NCBI GenBank assembly: GCA_026023565.1
Contig: JAPETS010000004.1
Span: forward strand, 620,001 to 684,000
Length of the DNA stretch: 64,000 nucleotides
Source of the DNA: Cirrosporium novae-zelandiae
Lineage: Eukaryota
Reading direction: 5' to 3'
Shown: positions 48,936-61,543 of the stretch, piece after piece
Layout: every line of letters begins with the position of its first letter
Numbering within the stretch: the first letter of the stretch is position 1
Notes under the pieces: model-generated
The model's input: the letters and a program-made list of their open reading frames with translations, nothing else
Told to the model about the DNA's origin: nothing
The model's database searches: none
Position numbers and translations under genes: made by a program

Positions 48936-49166
48936 TCAGTAAGCCCATCGCCTCATCTCCCACCGCATAAGCATCTTCTCCATGTTTCTCTTCCGCCTCC
49001 AGCATGAAATACAGCAGATGATGGAAATTATCAGTATTAAGCCGATGATGCTTCCGACGACAATGGCAGCGATTTTGCCGTTGAAATGACAATTCGTGCC
49101 GTTATTGTCACATATTTTGCCAATGCCCCGAGATAGTTTGAGCTCTTGTGGGAATGATGGCGCCAT
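48936..49166 (-). CDS. Putative small single-pass membrane protein (76 aa)
   Basis: GKIAAIVVGSIIGLILIISIICCISC hydrophobic helix followed by WRRKR (positive-inside); good ATG context. Confidence 0.45.
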   Translation of the reverse strand: MAPSFPQELKLSRGIGKICDNNGTNCHFNGKIAAIVVGSIIGLILIISIICCISCWRRKRNMEKMLMRWEMRRWAY

Positions 49167-50027
49167 AGTTGATGATTTTGGCGGGGTGTGGGGTGTGGGG
49201 TATGGGGTAGGGCGGTTGCGAGAGATGGAGTGACGAAATTTTTACTTTGTTGGTATGTGGAGGAATAAGGATCTGATGTTGAGTGCGGTCTCGGTCAAGC
49301 TTCGGGCTATATGTTTCAGGTGCAGAGCTTGAGGATTGAGAATGCACGATCAACGTGACTTAGGCTTTGCCTCTTTATTGACATTAAATGCCGATATCGA
49401 GATCAAAAAACCGGGAAAGAATATATAGGGATTATGTAGTGTGTAGGATCGTATGAAATGAGCAAAGAAAATGAGACATTTGAATTGAAGAAGGACGAAT
49501 TAATCGTTGAAAAGTGAGAAATGAGAAGCGAAAAATCGAGAAAGCTCGACACACGATGAACAGCAGATAAGAGGAGGATGAGAGGTTCTTTTATGAAGGC
49601 ATTACTTAGTAGAAGGAAGGATCGACACGAGGCTCAGAAAAGGCTTAGAGGATACCTATGTAGTGATTACCTTGATAGAATGGATGATATATTTAAGCCT
49701 GCTGACGACAACACAGTGTAGGGTGGGAAAGTTGAATATAGAACTATGAATAGGTGATCAACCATGGAACAATTTAGTTCCGGTAATATGGGGGGGGGTT
49801 GGCCCACGGACCCCACAAACAACCGCGGGAAGGTCTTAGGAACCGCTACAATGGGACTTGGGTATCCACTAAATAACTAGCCTTTGGTTCCGACAATCTG
49901 GTAACACTACTCGAGTATCTCTCTACCCAAACTATCATGAATATTCTCTTTTTAATATTTTGATAATATATACTGACTATCATCGCTATTATGACCATTA
50001 ACATTTCTCAACTCATCATCTTCGATC

Positions 50028-51485
50028 ATGGCGTGTCTTTGCATGTTTTTTCTCTCGCTTCTACTTTCAGCTGCAATAATCTAGATACTGGCCCTAATGC
50101 AGACCCCAACTAGTTCACCTAATTAGTGTATCCATAACCGAATCTATACATATTGACCCGGAAGATGCTGAAATTCTTGGGTCTGCCTTCCCCGACTTTG
50201 GATGGACTTTTTCTCCTAACAAATGGAATACTCTCGATGAGCAAGCCCATGCCAAGCATCTACCCTCGTCGCCCTCATCGCCCTCGTCGCCCTCGTTCCT
50301 AAGTCGGATGACGCTTACCACAACCACCCAATTTCCAAGGCAAATGTTACCTTATCACAATGCTTTTAGCCCCTTGCTCTAACCTTGCCATAGCAAATAT
50401 CACCCATTCTTCTGGTATTCTGGATGCCCTAATGAAAGCTTTACACCCTGGCCATAGCATGGGTGTCAAACCTATCCTACTAACGCATCAGAATGCCCCA
50501 TCCCTTAAAGGAATCCTCTGGAACTTGAGTTCTTTTCCCATCATGCAAACCATTTTGCTCCATCATTTCACATCGCAAATCGTATGACCCTCTCACCACT
50601 CTATGCCATCCTGATTGTTGCAGCCTTCAAAAAGGGTTTGTCTTACCGTCGACGAAGAATTTTCTAACATTATTGACAGAGGGTGCTAGGTTGGTTCTTC
50701 GACTCTGATTTACCGCCATACCTCCAGTTATTCGACACACCAGGAGGGTTATGTTCCTGTTGGGAATCTCATTGCAAAGATATTCATCAAAAACCTAGAG
50801 GCCAGGTATAATAGTCTATAGCAAATCTTTTGCATACTCTTCTGCCACTTTTTAAGCTTAAAGATCCTGCTGTCAAGTAAGTGTTCAAGCCTAGTGGTCC
50901 GTTGAATCAAGCTTAGGGAGATGCCATGATTTATACTCATATTATGGCAGGCAGACATGCATCCTGAAGGTATAGATATTCCAAGGAGGTTGAATAAGGA
51001 GGCATTGAGAAAATTAGAAGAGGGTTACAAGGCAAGTAGTTCTCTGATGACAATAAGTTTGCTAAACTAACGTTCTAGTGTAGACGAGTAGCTATGAAGC
51101 TTTAGTGGAACAAAACATACACAGTGAGGAACTTCATAATAAAAACGTACAGAAGGGCCTCTATAACCTAGGGGAATCAACGTGTGGAGGGGTCGTACAA
51201 GACTGGCGACGGTTGAGAGACTTTGAAAGACAGCATGCGCCCTGTGACGCTCGTCCTATAGAACGTTGCTTAACCATGTCGGGAATCGATGATCCCAATG
51301 TCATTCACGCGAGACAGGAGATGAAGGCTATGAATGTCAGTCCTGGGGATCGAATGGCAAAAAAGGCCAGAGTGACAGCAATCACAGATATTATGAAAAA
51401 GTTGGAAGAGAGCAGAAAGAACCCAACAGATACAGAGAGGAACGGAAGATTCGAGAGCGGAAATGTTTCCTCATCTCCGCGATAA
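50028..51485 (+). CDS. Possible orphan multi-exon gene or remnant; structure unresolved
   Basis: Several open segments bounded by CTAAC/CTAAT..YAG signals and a 126-aa terminal ORF. No recognisable domain; phases not fully reconciled. Confidence 0.3.
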
Positions 51486-52574
51486 AATAGCCTAGGCATT
51501 AGGCCATCTGTGTCCCATGATTATATAGGTCTTAGGGGAATTGGAGATTGTTTGATAGATGTCTTTACCGGAAATAGTATCATATCTAAGGTACTGTATT
51601 CTCGGCCTTTAGACATTAAAGCTAAATTCGTATGATAAGGTGGTACAGATGGTTAGCGGAATAAATGTGGATCCAATGTTATAGAGTAGGCGGATAGGTT
51701 CCCTAAATAGTCGGGTAAAGAGAATATGTTTATATATAAATAAAGGGGGGAAGGGGAGTTGGGCGTCAGGGGCGAGATGAACTACCTAGGGAATTGCTGC
51801 TAGTTGGGCAGCTGGGCAATTGGCGGCTAATCAACGGTTAAAGAGAATAGATGGGTGGGAGATCCGAACCAGGGGGAACCTATAGGAATGGATTCCACAA
51901 GGAAAGGGTGGGACGTCACTGATTGAATTTTGCATCGATATTGTAGTCCCTAAAAGGCTTAATTGAAGAAAAAATTGAAAAAAATTGTTCTGATGGAGGG
52001 GTGGAGAAAAGGCCAAGAAGAAGATGTACTCGTGTAGATAGCCAGTGGTAGAAAGCGACGAAGAAGAATGACAAGCCAGACATGCTTGCCATGCTTGCTA
52101 TGGGCCATAGGCTTTGAGGCCTATTTTTCGGGGCTTGTAACACCAAAGATAGGCTATATGTGGGTCCCAAAAGATAGTGAAATGGAATGGCCACCATGGT
52201 TTAAAATTTCAAGCCCTTTCAGCAGGTGTGACCACGGTACCTAACTAACTTCTCGATAATTACGAATTACAGTAATTAATCTATTACTAAGTTGAACCCT
52301 TACTTGTTCTTACCCGTTCTTACCGTGTTTGCCAGTTTCTACCAACTTTTGCGAGTGAGTTCATTCGTTCTTCATCCCTCTTCTCCTCCCCCCCCCCCCA
52401 TCCCACCTGAACTTTTTGTCTTTCAAATACTCACCGCCCTCCCACTTGACACCTTTTCTCTATTCATTTATTCATTCGAATCCTACCTTTTAAACAAACA
52501 TCTTACCTAGAAATCACCTGGAATTCAATTTAAATTTCGCAGCCCTAGATAGCTTGATATCTTCATCGTTACAT

Positions 52575-54898
52575 ATGAGCTCGCAAGCCTCCGCAACCAG
52601 AAAACCCAGGCGTACCTCAAGTGGTGTAGACCCTTATGCTGCAGCCGCTATATATTATGGAGAGGAGGGTGATGCTAGAAGACGTGCACATGGCAAAACA
52701 AGAACCTATTCTACTATAGTCACCTCTGACAATCGTGAAACCCCACGAGATGGCAAACCTGCACGGCGATCAAGTCATGGTATAGAGCATTCCCTCCAAT
52801 GCCAAGAAAATTACTTTAGATTTGTTCTATATTCTAACCTTGTACAGATGAGATTGTTCTTCAACCTCGAAAGTTCTTAATTCCGGTGGCGTCGACTCTA
52901 GAGAGTCTTCTCGCCAATGAAGATACCGACCGGAATATGCAAATCACCATTGATGACCATGGACCAAAGGTATAGCCCATCCAAACTGCCCTAGTGAAAT
53001 TATACTAATTATCATGATAGGTACTGTCTGTGGGTACTGCCGCTTCCAATGGCTTCAACAGATTCGATATTCGAGGCACCTACATGCTCTCTAATCTCCT
53101 CCAAGAACTTACGTTAGCGAATGAATACGGTCGGAAGTTTATTGTTCTAGATGAAGCCCGTCTCAATGAGAACCCTGTGAACCGCCTTGCTCGTTTGATC
53201 AAGAATTCATTCTGGCCAAACCTGACACGTCGAATCGATGCTTCTAATATTGAGATTGTGGGTAAGGACCCAAAGGATTGGACGGATGATCCAAGGCCGA
53301 GGATATATGTCCCGAGAGGATGCCCCGAACAATATGAATATTACTGCAAAGTTTCAGAACAGCACCCCAATATCCATCTTGATGTTCAATATCTCGACAC
53401 TATTACCCCAGATTACGTTCGTGATCTGAACGAAAAGCCAGGCTTACTTGCACTCGAAATGGAGGAAATTGTTGATCCTCAAACTGGACAGAGAAGCATG
53501 CGAGGTTTACCGTTTGTTGTACCAGGAGGTAGGTTCAACGAACTCTACGGCTGGGATAGCTACATGGAATCCCTTGGCCTTTTAGTTAATGATCGCGTTG
53601 ATCTTGCCAAATCCATGGTTCAGAACTTTTGCTTTTGCATTAAGCATTATGGGAAGATTCTAAATGCTAATCGATCCTATTACCTTACCCGCACACAGCC
53701 TCCTTTCCTAACCGATATGGCCCTCCGAGTATATGAACGAATCAAGAACGATCCTGGCGCACTTGAATTTCTTCGTCAGGCTATTCTTGCCGCAATTAAA
53801 GAGTACTACAGTGTTTGGATGGCCGAACCGAGATATGATCCGGAGTCGGGCCTTTCCAGATACCGATCGGATGGCCTCGGTGTACCCCCCGAGACAGAAG
53901 CATCCCATTTCATACACATTCTCACACCTTACGCCGAGAAACACAATATGACTTTTCAAGAATTTGTTCGAGCATACAATTACAGGGAGGTCAACGAACC
54001 TGAATTGGATCTGTACTTTCTTCACGATCGGGCCGTTCGGGAGTCAGGGCATGATACATCTTATCGCTTGGAGAAAGTTGCTGCCGATCTTGCTACAATT
54101 GATCTGAACTCTTTACTCTATAAGTATGAATGTGACATTGCGAGAACAATTAGAAGCTTTTTCGGAGATAAGCTCGAAGTACCGGCTGGATTCTGCACTG
54201 TTGGTAAAAAACCAGGTTATATCGAAACTTCTGCTATATGGGACCGTCGTGCCAAACGAAGAAAGGTGTTGATTGACAGGTACCTTTGGAATGAGGAGAA
54301 AGGTATGTACTTTGACTACAATACCCGGACGAAAGAGCAAAGTGACTATGAAACTTGCACTACTTTCTGGGCCATGTGGGCAGGTGTAGCTACTCCTCGG
54401 CAAGCCTCTTCGCTTATGGAAAATGCTTTGCCCAAATTCGAAGTCTTTGGTGGGTTGGTATCCGGAACAGAAGAATCCAGAGGAGCCGTGGGTCTTGAAC
54501 GTCCAAACCGACAATGGGACTATCCCTTTGGATGGGCACCTCAACAGATGCTTGCCTGGACTGGATTTCTTCGCTATGGATACCAGGATGAGGCAGAAAG
54601 GCTTGCTTACAAGTGGCTGTACCTAGTCACCAAGGCTTTTGTTGATTTCAATGGAGTTGTAGTGGAGAAATATGATGTCACTCAACCTATCGACCCTCAC
54701 AAGGTAGAAGCCGAGTATGGCAATCAAGGTAGCGACTTCAAAGGTGTTGCTAAAGAAGGCTTCGGGTGGGTGAATGCGAGTTACGTCTATGGGTTGCAGA
54801 TCACCAATGCTCATATGCGGCGAGCGCTGGGCGCATGTACACCCTACGATACTTTCAAAAAAGCGACAGAGATAGACATGGCTTCAATGGAGCTATGA
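52575..54898 (+). CDS. NTH1: Neutral trehalase (GH37)
   Basis: Ca-binding [61 protein letters not shown]. Two introns. Confidence 0.97.
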
Positions 54899-56192
54899 GT
54901 GGTGAACGACATAGAGTGAAACGACAGACATAGAATTTGCACGTGTATCAGCGATGTGCACATAGAGGATCAACATATAGAGCTTGGTGGATATTATTAG
55001 AGGGAAACGCGCATGCCCAGGTAATGAGAAACGGCATGCATCTGGAGTTTGCTACTTTTGGCTTGCCGTGGGTTGGGTTGGGTTTTGCTGGGTGGAACAA
55101 GGATTCTATTTCATGGTTTCAGCTCCGATATCAATATTGGTTTTTTTACTTTGTGCACAGGTTAGCTAAGGCATTGTTCATGCAGTGTCATTTTAACGGT
55201 GTTGATTGTTAGCGAGGAAGCATGGTGTTTGTCGTCTAGTGGGTGATTAATTAGGAAATTGCAACAGAATACATTTAATAACTATCTACTTAATTGAATA
55301 TTAAGGATCTACTTATGTGACAGAGTGCGTGATAGAATGCATGATAGCAAGCAAACAGAAGATCTCGGTCAACATCACTAGCGTATGGGGATTCGTACTC
55401 TCAGCCCCGATGAAGGAGGGTGGGAGGCCTTCGAGTATAGTAGGTACGATACCCAAGGGATGTATTACATTAAACCGTGAATACAGGTATGGATACAAGT
55501 ATGAGTTATGTACCAAGTATACATGCATAATTTACGGAGTACAGGATATCCATGTGCCGTACGTAAGCTTATTTTTATCTTGTCTTGTCTAGGATTGGAT
55601 TGACAGATTGATTTTCCCCCTCATTTTCCTAATTCAATTAACTTTGAATGGAAGCCAGACGGAAGGGAGGGATGGAAAGGAGTGGACAAAAGGATACCTA
55701 GGTACTGTGGAGAGGGGCACGTGAGGTGGGTGAGACTGGAACTGGAACTGGAACTAAAGACAGACACACCAGACACGCCAGACCCCGCCTTATTAGCAGG
55801 CTTAAGGCTTAAGGCTTAAGGTTTATTTAAGGGCTTAAGAGATGAGAAAGCAAGAAAATCTACTTGTTGGTATTTAGTCGGGTACATCGGGGGGTTCAAT
55901 TCACTCATTCCATTTCCAGCCCGGCTTTCCCTTGATTCACCCCGCAAAGTTTGTTAATTTAGGTTGGTGGGCGTGTGTGGGCGTGAGTGTGGGCGTGGGC
56001 GTACTGGGCTGGCACACGCACGTGGCTGAGTGCCAGAAAAGGTTGGGTTGGGTCGGTCGGGATCGGGTCGGGGTCGGGATCGGGGTCGGGCGGGCTATGC
56101 GGCGTGTACGTGTACATGAACGGAGAAGGAGAAGGAGAAGAAGAAAGCTCAATTAATCAATCGGTTCAATCCAATCTAGATATTCATACTAT

Positions 56193-57486
56193 TCAGACAG
56201 AAGCAGCAATTGAAGCAATCTCAGAAAGCCCTCTACTACTATAATTCTTGGAGGTATTCCAAGCCCTCCACTCCCCCGCGTTAACCGGTTCGTACCGACT
56301 CGTTTCCCCCTCGTTTACTAGAATGGGCGTTATTATCGTATCGGAATTGGGGTGGTTGAAGAAGGCTGTTGAGTAGCGGGCGGGTAGTAGCATTTCTCCG
56401 TTTCTGCCCTCCCTCTCAACGTGCTCCTCCGTCGCTAGCGACGCCGGCGACGGCGACACAACCCTATGTCTCGTACTCCTAAACCTCCCATTCGAAAGCC
56501 TCATTCCCAAATCCGCCATATTAATAACCACCGTCCCCCTAATCGGCACCGCCTGGACAAACTCATCCGTATGAAACGGATCCACCTCCAACCCGCCCAC
56601 CTCATCTTGAAATAGTATGGTGCAGAGTCCAAAATCCGTGTGCGGGTTTATTCGGCTGTGGTTGGGGGTTTGGAGTTGGGAGGGGGGAAGGGGTGGGTAG
56701 TGGAGGAGGCGAAGTTGGGGATCGGCGTTTTTTAGGTGCGTGGGGATGTAGGTTGGGGGGAGGGAGAGGGAGAGGGAAAGGGCTTGGAGGAGGTGATGGG
56801 AGAGGGTGTGGCATTGCTAAGAGGTGAGGTGAATTTGTAACTTTTTTCTAACTTAGGGGCCGGGTGGGAGGAGAGGGTTATGAATAAGTAAGTATATATA
56901 ATCCACTCACCTGATAAAACCCATCCATAAACTCCCTAAACCCATCCAACTCCCCCGGAGCAGGACAAAGCTCGTTCCTGAACCGTCGATGCTCATAGCA
57001 TTCCTTATGATCCACACCCCCATTGGACTCGTCGCCATCGGCTGTATATCCCTGATTCTCGGATGCGGAGCGCAGGCGGTGTTTTAGTTTTTCTGAGAGA
57101 GGGAGATCGAAGTAGGATTTGCTCTGTTTGGAAAGAGAGGGATTAGTAAAAAAAAAATGAGAGTTTGATGGGTTGTTGGATTTGGGGGTTTGAAAATAGA
57201 GAGAGGGGGGAGGGGTGATGGATGATGGGTAGGTGGATTGACTGATATTGATTGATATCGATGCATTAATACTATCGATTCGTCTTCCTTCATTCAAACT
57301 CACCCGTCGAAACATCTCATCAACCGTCTCCTGCTCGATACCAAAGTCCTTGAGATAAACCCATCCATACATATGAAACGCATCGTAAAGCTCCTGAGCA
57401 ACTTTCTGTTTCCCCTCTGGGGTCCCGGAGAGGAAGGGAGCGAATGAGACGATGGGGAAGGCTGAGGTTGGAGTGGGAGCTGTCAT
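56193..57486 (-). CDS. 2-oxoglutarate/Fe(II) dioxygenase (isopenicillin-N-synthase-like)
   Basis: LRLLHYP, HTDFG (HxD), GGLEV, HRVV and the RYS motif. Two introns. Confidence 0.92.
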
Positions 57487-58108
57487 GGTTGGTATGGGTG
57501 GATGGTGGACGGACAGGTGGATGGGATAGTAAGTATATCTTTTATATACATGTGTCTTTTATGTATAATGTATGTGCTTGGGCTTGGGCTAATAACTAAA
57601 TAGCCGGAAGTATATATATCGGAAATGGGTTGCTGAAGGGATGCGGTTACGATATAACGACGACGACGATAATAGTTATTGGTAATATATATAGAATGAT
57701 ATATCGAGATGAAATTGTATGTATTGGTCTATTCACTCATCCATCTATCCATCCATCCATCCATCCATCCATCCACCCCCCCCTCTCTCTCCATTTAACC
57801 CACGACCCACCTCCGCTAATCTCCGTCACTATTGATAAACAAACCCATTTTGTCCATCCATGAGTGGGGGAGCGCACTTTTCCACGACGGGTAGTAATAA
57901 TAATAACATCTTCAAAACGAGATCGATCAATCGTATCAGCAAACCATTGCATTTCCTATTTTACATGGGACCGACTTGGTTTAATACACAACGGGAAAGG
58001 TGTTGGGTGGAAAAGAGAAGGTCGTGGAGAGTGGGGATGGGAGCATACCCAGGGTGGAGTCCTGGTTGCAGTCTGGGTTTTGTTTGTATGTATGCATGTA
58101 TGTATGTA

Positions 58109-58686
58109 CAAAGGGGTGTAGGAAGTCTTCGTCACTAACCGGAAACCCACTACCTACCTAGGTACTTAGAATACTTATAACTTATCAACCAGACATTCAA
58201 TTTCAATATAATTTTGATCATTAGATAGTATATTTAATATTTAATAATTTACCTTCTTTTAAAAAAAAATTTAATTATTTTTAAAAAGTATCAGTTATCA
58301 GTATCTTTAGTGTTCTTTATATAATGAAACCTTGATCAAAACAACCCACTACTTCAGGAATAATAAAACCAATTTAAAAAAAAAATCCATATTAAATATA
58401 TTTCCTAATAATTAAAATTATATTAAAATTAAATGCGTGGTTAATAAATTATAAGCATTTCAATAAGTCACAGGTTTTTAATTAATAACGATACTTTTTG
58501 TATTAAATTGTATTTAACAACGCCAATAAAAAATTAAAAAAAAATATTATAGATCTATTAACGATTAAATATACTATCTTATAATCAAAGTTATATTGAA
58601 ATTAAGTGTGTGGTTGATAAGTTATAAGTATTTCATATAACTAGTAGAGTTTTTGATGGGTGACGAAGACTTCCTACACCCCTTTG
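58109..58686. mobile_element. Tc1/mariner-type MITE/foldback element, 578 bp, AT-rich interior
   Basis: Perfect terminal IR CAAAGGGGTGTAGGAAGTCTTCGTCAC flanked by TA on both sides. A second imperfect internal IR spans 58170-58239 and 58564-58632. Confidence 0.88.
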
Positions 58687-59006
58687 TACAAGAGGATGGC
58701 CGGACTATATATAATATATCTGTCGCTGGTATAGAATCACTGTATCAAATGACAGGCTCCTAAAGAATATGTAAAGAGAATTGTGAAGATGTAAAGAGCT
58801 GGGGTAGTGGATAAGAGAGTCAGTAGCACGTCTCTCATATCCTAATAGCCACGGCTTTGTGGCTAAAGACCCCACATAAGGTTATGCACGGTATTTGAAA
58901 TTACCTTAAATATATAAACATTGAATGCTAGCAGAGTATCATGTACAATCATAACTTTCCCAAATTTCCCATTCCTTCCTTTTCCTTTTTCTTATAACTT
59001 CACCCT

Positions 59007-60668
59007 TCATAGTATCCAGAAACCAAACCCAAGAGCAAGGCACATTATAAGCATCGGAACATTGGCATTTAGTTCCGGCGCTGCCCCTTCCTCTCCACCA
59101 CCATCTGAGCTGCTTGGTGTAGTGCTTGACGATGACGACGACGACGACGATGATGATGATGATGAATAACTCGCCTCGGTGTCACATAGGCCAGATCCAT
59201 TGAGATTGTCCGTGGGAAAGAATACCTTGGGCATTCCATTCCCCATGTTCACTGTGATATTTCCGTCCGAATCGGCAGTCGTTGTGTTACAACCGAGAAT
59301 CTCGGTCACTTTCATTCCAGCAGAGAAGCCCCCAGGTACTTGAAGGTTGTACGACCCACCGTGGTCACCTTGGTTGGAGAACACGGCAACAATCTGTGAA
59401 CCATCGGCACCCTTGCGGCGAGCCATGGTGCTGTTATCCAGATACAGTTCTGTACTGTGATTGCTTGCATAATTGCTGTCGACACTGATAGCATGGTTAC
59501 GAATGGTATTGAGGTGGGAGGTTAGGTTGTACATTTTCCATTGAGTGTCATATCCAGTTATCCAGACCGGTCCTCTGTTGTCGGGAGAATAGTTCCCGGA
59601 GAGATGCTGTTCTTGACCTTGATAAATAGTGGGAATCCCGTCATTCAGAATGGTGAATGCGATGGTATTATGTGCGAGTGCCATATCACTGGTCTGGGAA
59701 GCGAAACGTGGAAGGTCGTGGTTCTCGGAGAAAGTGCCAAGGGTAGTAAAGTCACTGCAGGTGTCTTGGACGTCGTTAATCATGTCCGAGAGCGTTTGCA
59801 TGTCGCCGCCTGTAAAAGATTGGATGAGAGGAAAATAAACCGGGTAATTTGCAAGACCAGAAACATCAGCTTGATATCCGCACACCTCCCCGACGCCACC
59901 GGCGTAAACTTCGCCAAAGGTGAAGATACCAGCTGCCTTGACGAAACTGGCAAGGTATGGCGAAGAGACGTGTTTGGCAGCATCAATTCGAAGGCCATCG
60001 ATGGAATAATTACCCACTAGTTCTTTGATCCACGCATTGATCATCTCTTGGACGGCGGAGCTTTGAGTATCAAGATCTGGAAGGGCCACCTCCTCTACAC
60101 CAAACCAGCAATTTTGGTAGTTGGTGGCGTTTGACCAGTCTGTAATATTGCAATAGGGATGGTAGTATTTGATGTCGTTAAATGGATTGATAAGGCCCCA
60201 GTCAAGTTCTTTGCCGTCGTCCTTGACGATACCTACATTAGCGATGGCCATGTCATTGATGACAACATCGACCATGAGATACATGTTGCGTCTGTGAAGC
60301 TCATCTGATAATGCCTTCAAGTCGTCTGCGGTTCCGAAGTTTTCGTTCAAGGCGTAGATGTTCTGAGGCCAATATCCATGGTAAGCCTCACCATACGCGG
60401 TATTATTAGGAATATTCTCGACGACAGGTGATATTTGAATAGCCGTAAATCCCATGTTCTGTATGTAGTCCAATTTCTTGATTATCCCCTGCCACGTTCC
60501 GCCACAATATTTAGAAAGATCGCAGTCATCGGTTGCTCCATTGGTTCTTGCATATCGGTCCGTCATTACTTGGTAGATAGATTTCGAAGCCCATTCTGAT
60601 CCGGTTGCAGCGGCAGTGAGCCTTGCCAGGGCCAACAATGGTAGGGCAAGACAAGTGACCTGGACCAT
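59007..60668 (-). CDS. GPI-anchored GH13 alpha-amylase/alpha-glucanotransferase (AmyD/AgtA/Aah-like)
   Basis: Intronless. Signal peptide, YHGYW, DGLRIDAAKHV, GEV, ENHDLPRF, poly-Ser linker and a hydrophobic C-terminal tail. Confidence 0.93.
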   Translation of the reverse strand: MVQVTCLALPLLALARLTAAATGSEWASKSIYQVMTDRYARTNGATDDCDLSKYCGGTWQGIIKKLDYIQNMGFTAIQISPVVENIPNNTAYGEAYHGYWPQNIYALNENFGTADDLKALSDELHRRNMYLMVDVVINDMAIANVGIVKDDGKELDWGLINPFNDIKYYHPYCNITDWSNATNYQNCWFGVEEVALPDLDTQSSAVQEMINAWIKELVGNYSIDGLRIDAAKHVSSPYLASFVKAAGIFTFGEVYAGGVGEVCGYQADVSGLANYPVYFPLIQSFTGGDMQTLSDMINDVQDTCSDFTTLGTFSENHDLPRFASQTSDMALAHNTIAFTILNDGIPTIYQGQEQHLSGNYSPDNRGPVWITGYDTQWKMYNLTSHLNTIRNHAISVDSNYASNHSTELYLDNSTMARRKGADGSQIVAVFSNQGDHGGSYNLQVPGGFSAGMKVTEILGCNTTTADSDGNITVNMGNGMPKVFFPTDNLNGSGLCDTEASYSSSSSSSSSSSSSSTTPSSSDGGGEEGAAPELNANVPMLIMCLALGFGFWIL

Positions 60669-61543
60669 GATTGGTATTAGATATTAAAGACAGGGTTTCA
60701 GGATTCAATGTGGAACATTTGGATGAAATGGTGCTAGATTGATTCTGCGTATCTTGGAGGGATTGAAAAAATAGTAAAAGAAGGTGTTAGTCAATTATAA
60801 ACTAGAATGAGTGTGGTGTAGCAAGGCTACTATGTGGTGTTTGGGAGGACACAATTGTATTCAGAGACTCGGGATTTGGCACAAAGACAAGACAGGATCA
60901 AAGCGAATGTGACGATAAATGTAGATACAAGATGTAAGAAGAAAGAGTTTGGAAGATAGAATTGTAAAAGAGTCGTCCTTAGGTGACGCCCCTGCCAAGA
61001 GATGTCTCCAGGGTTATCCGGGAAGGCGTTATATTGGCATAATTCGCACGAATAGTAACAGGTGACCATCGTGGAGAATAGCCCTTGAAAGCTGAAATGA
61101 GGGCTTATGGTTGGGCTTAGTGAAAGTGAGAATACGAGAAAGTTGGAAGAGTTGGGAGGGAAGGTGAAACTAGTGCATATGATGACAAGGATATCATTAG
61201 CTATCATTAGCTGTCGTTTAACCATCAATTAGCTTTACTTTTAACCATCATTACCTCTGCTTAGTTTAGTTGCTTAGTTGGGGCTTGCCCAGGGCTTCTT
61301 ATCAATATGAGTGGGGGGGCCGGGGGATTTCCATGTTGATTATTCAACCTTAATCTAGCAATTCATCAAAATTCATAAATTAGATAATTCATAAATTAAT
61401 TCACGTGACTATTCCCATCCACTGAATTATTCTGACCAGTCCACAAATCAACCAACCAACCAATCAATCAATCAATCTATCAACCAACCAAAATATCAAC
61501 GCACCATCAACCTCACGCCCGACTTAACCTTACCCCATCCCAA

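Noticed and set aside
58861..58872. GGCTAAAGACCC matching part of the pogo TIR
   Set aside because: Only 12 bp, with no terminal sequence or TA context.
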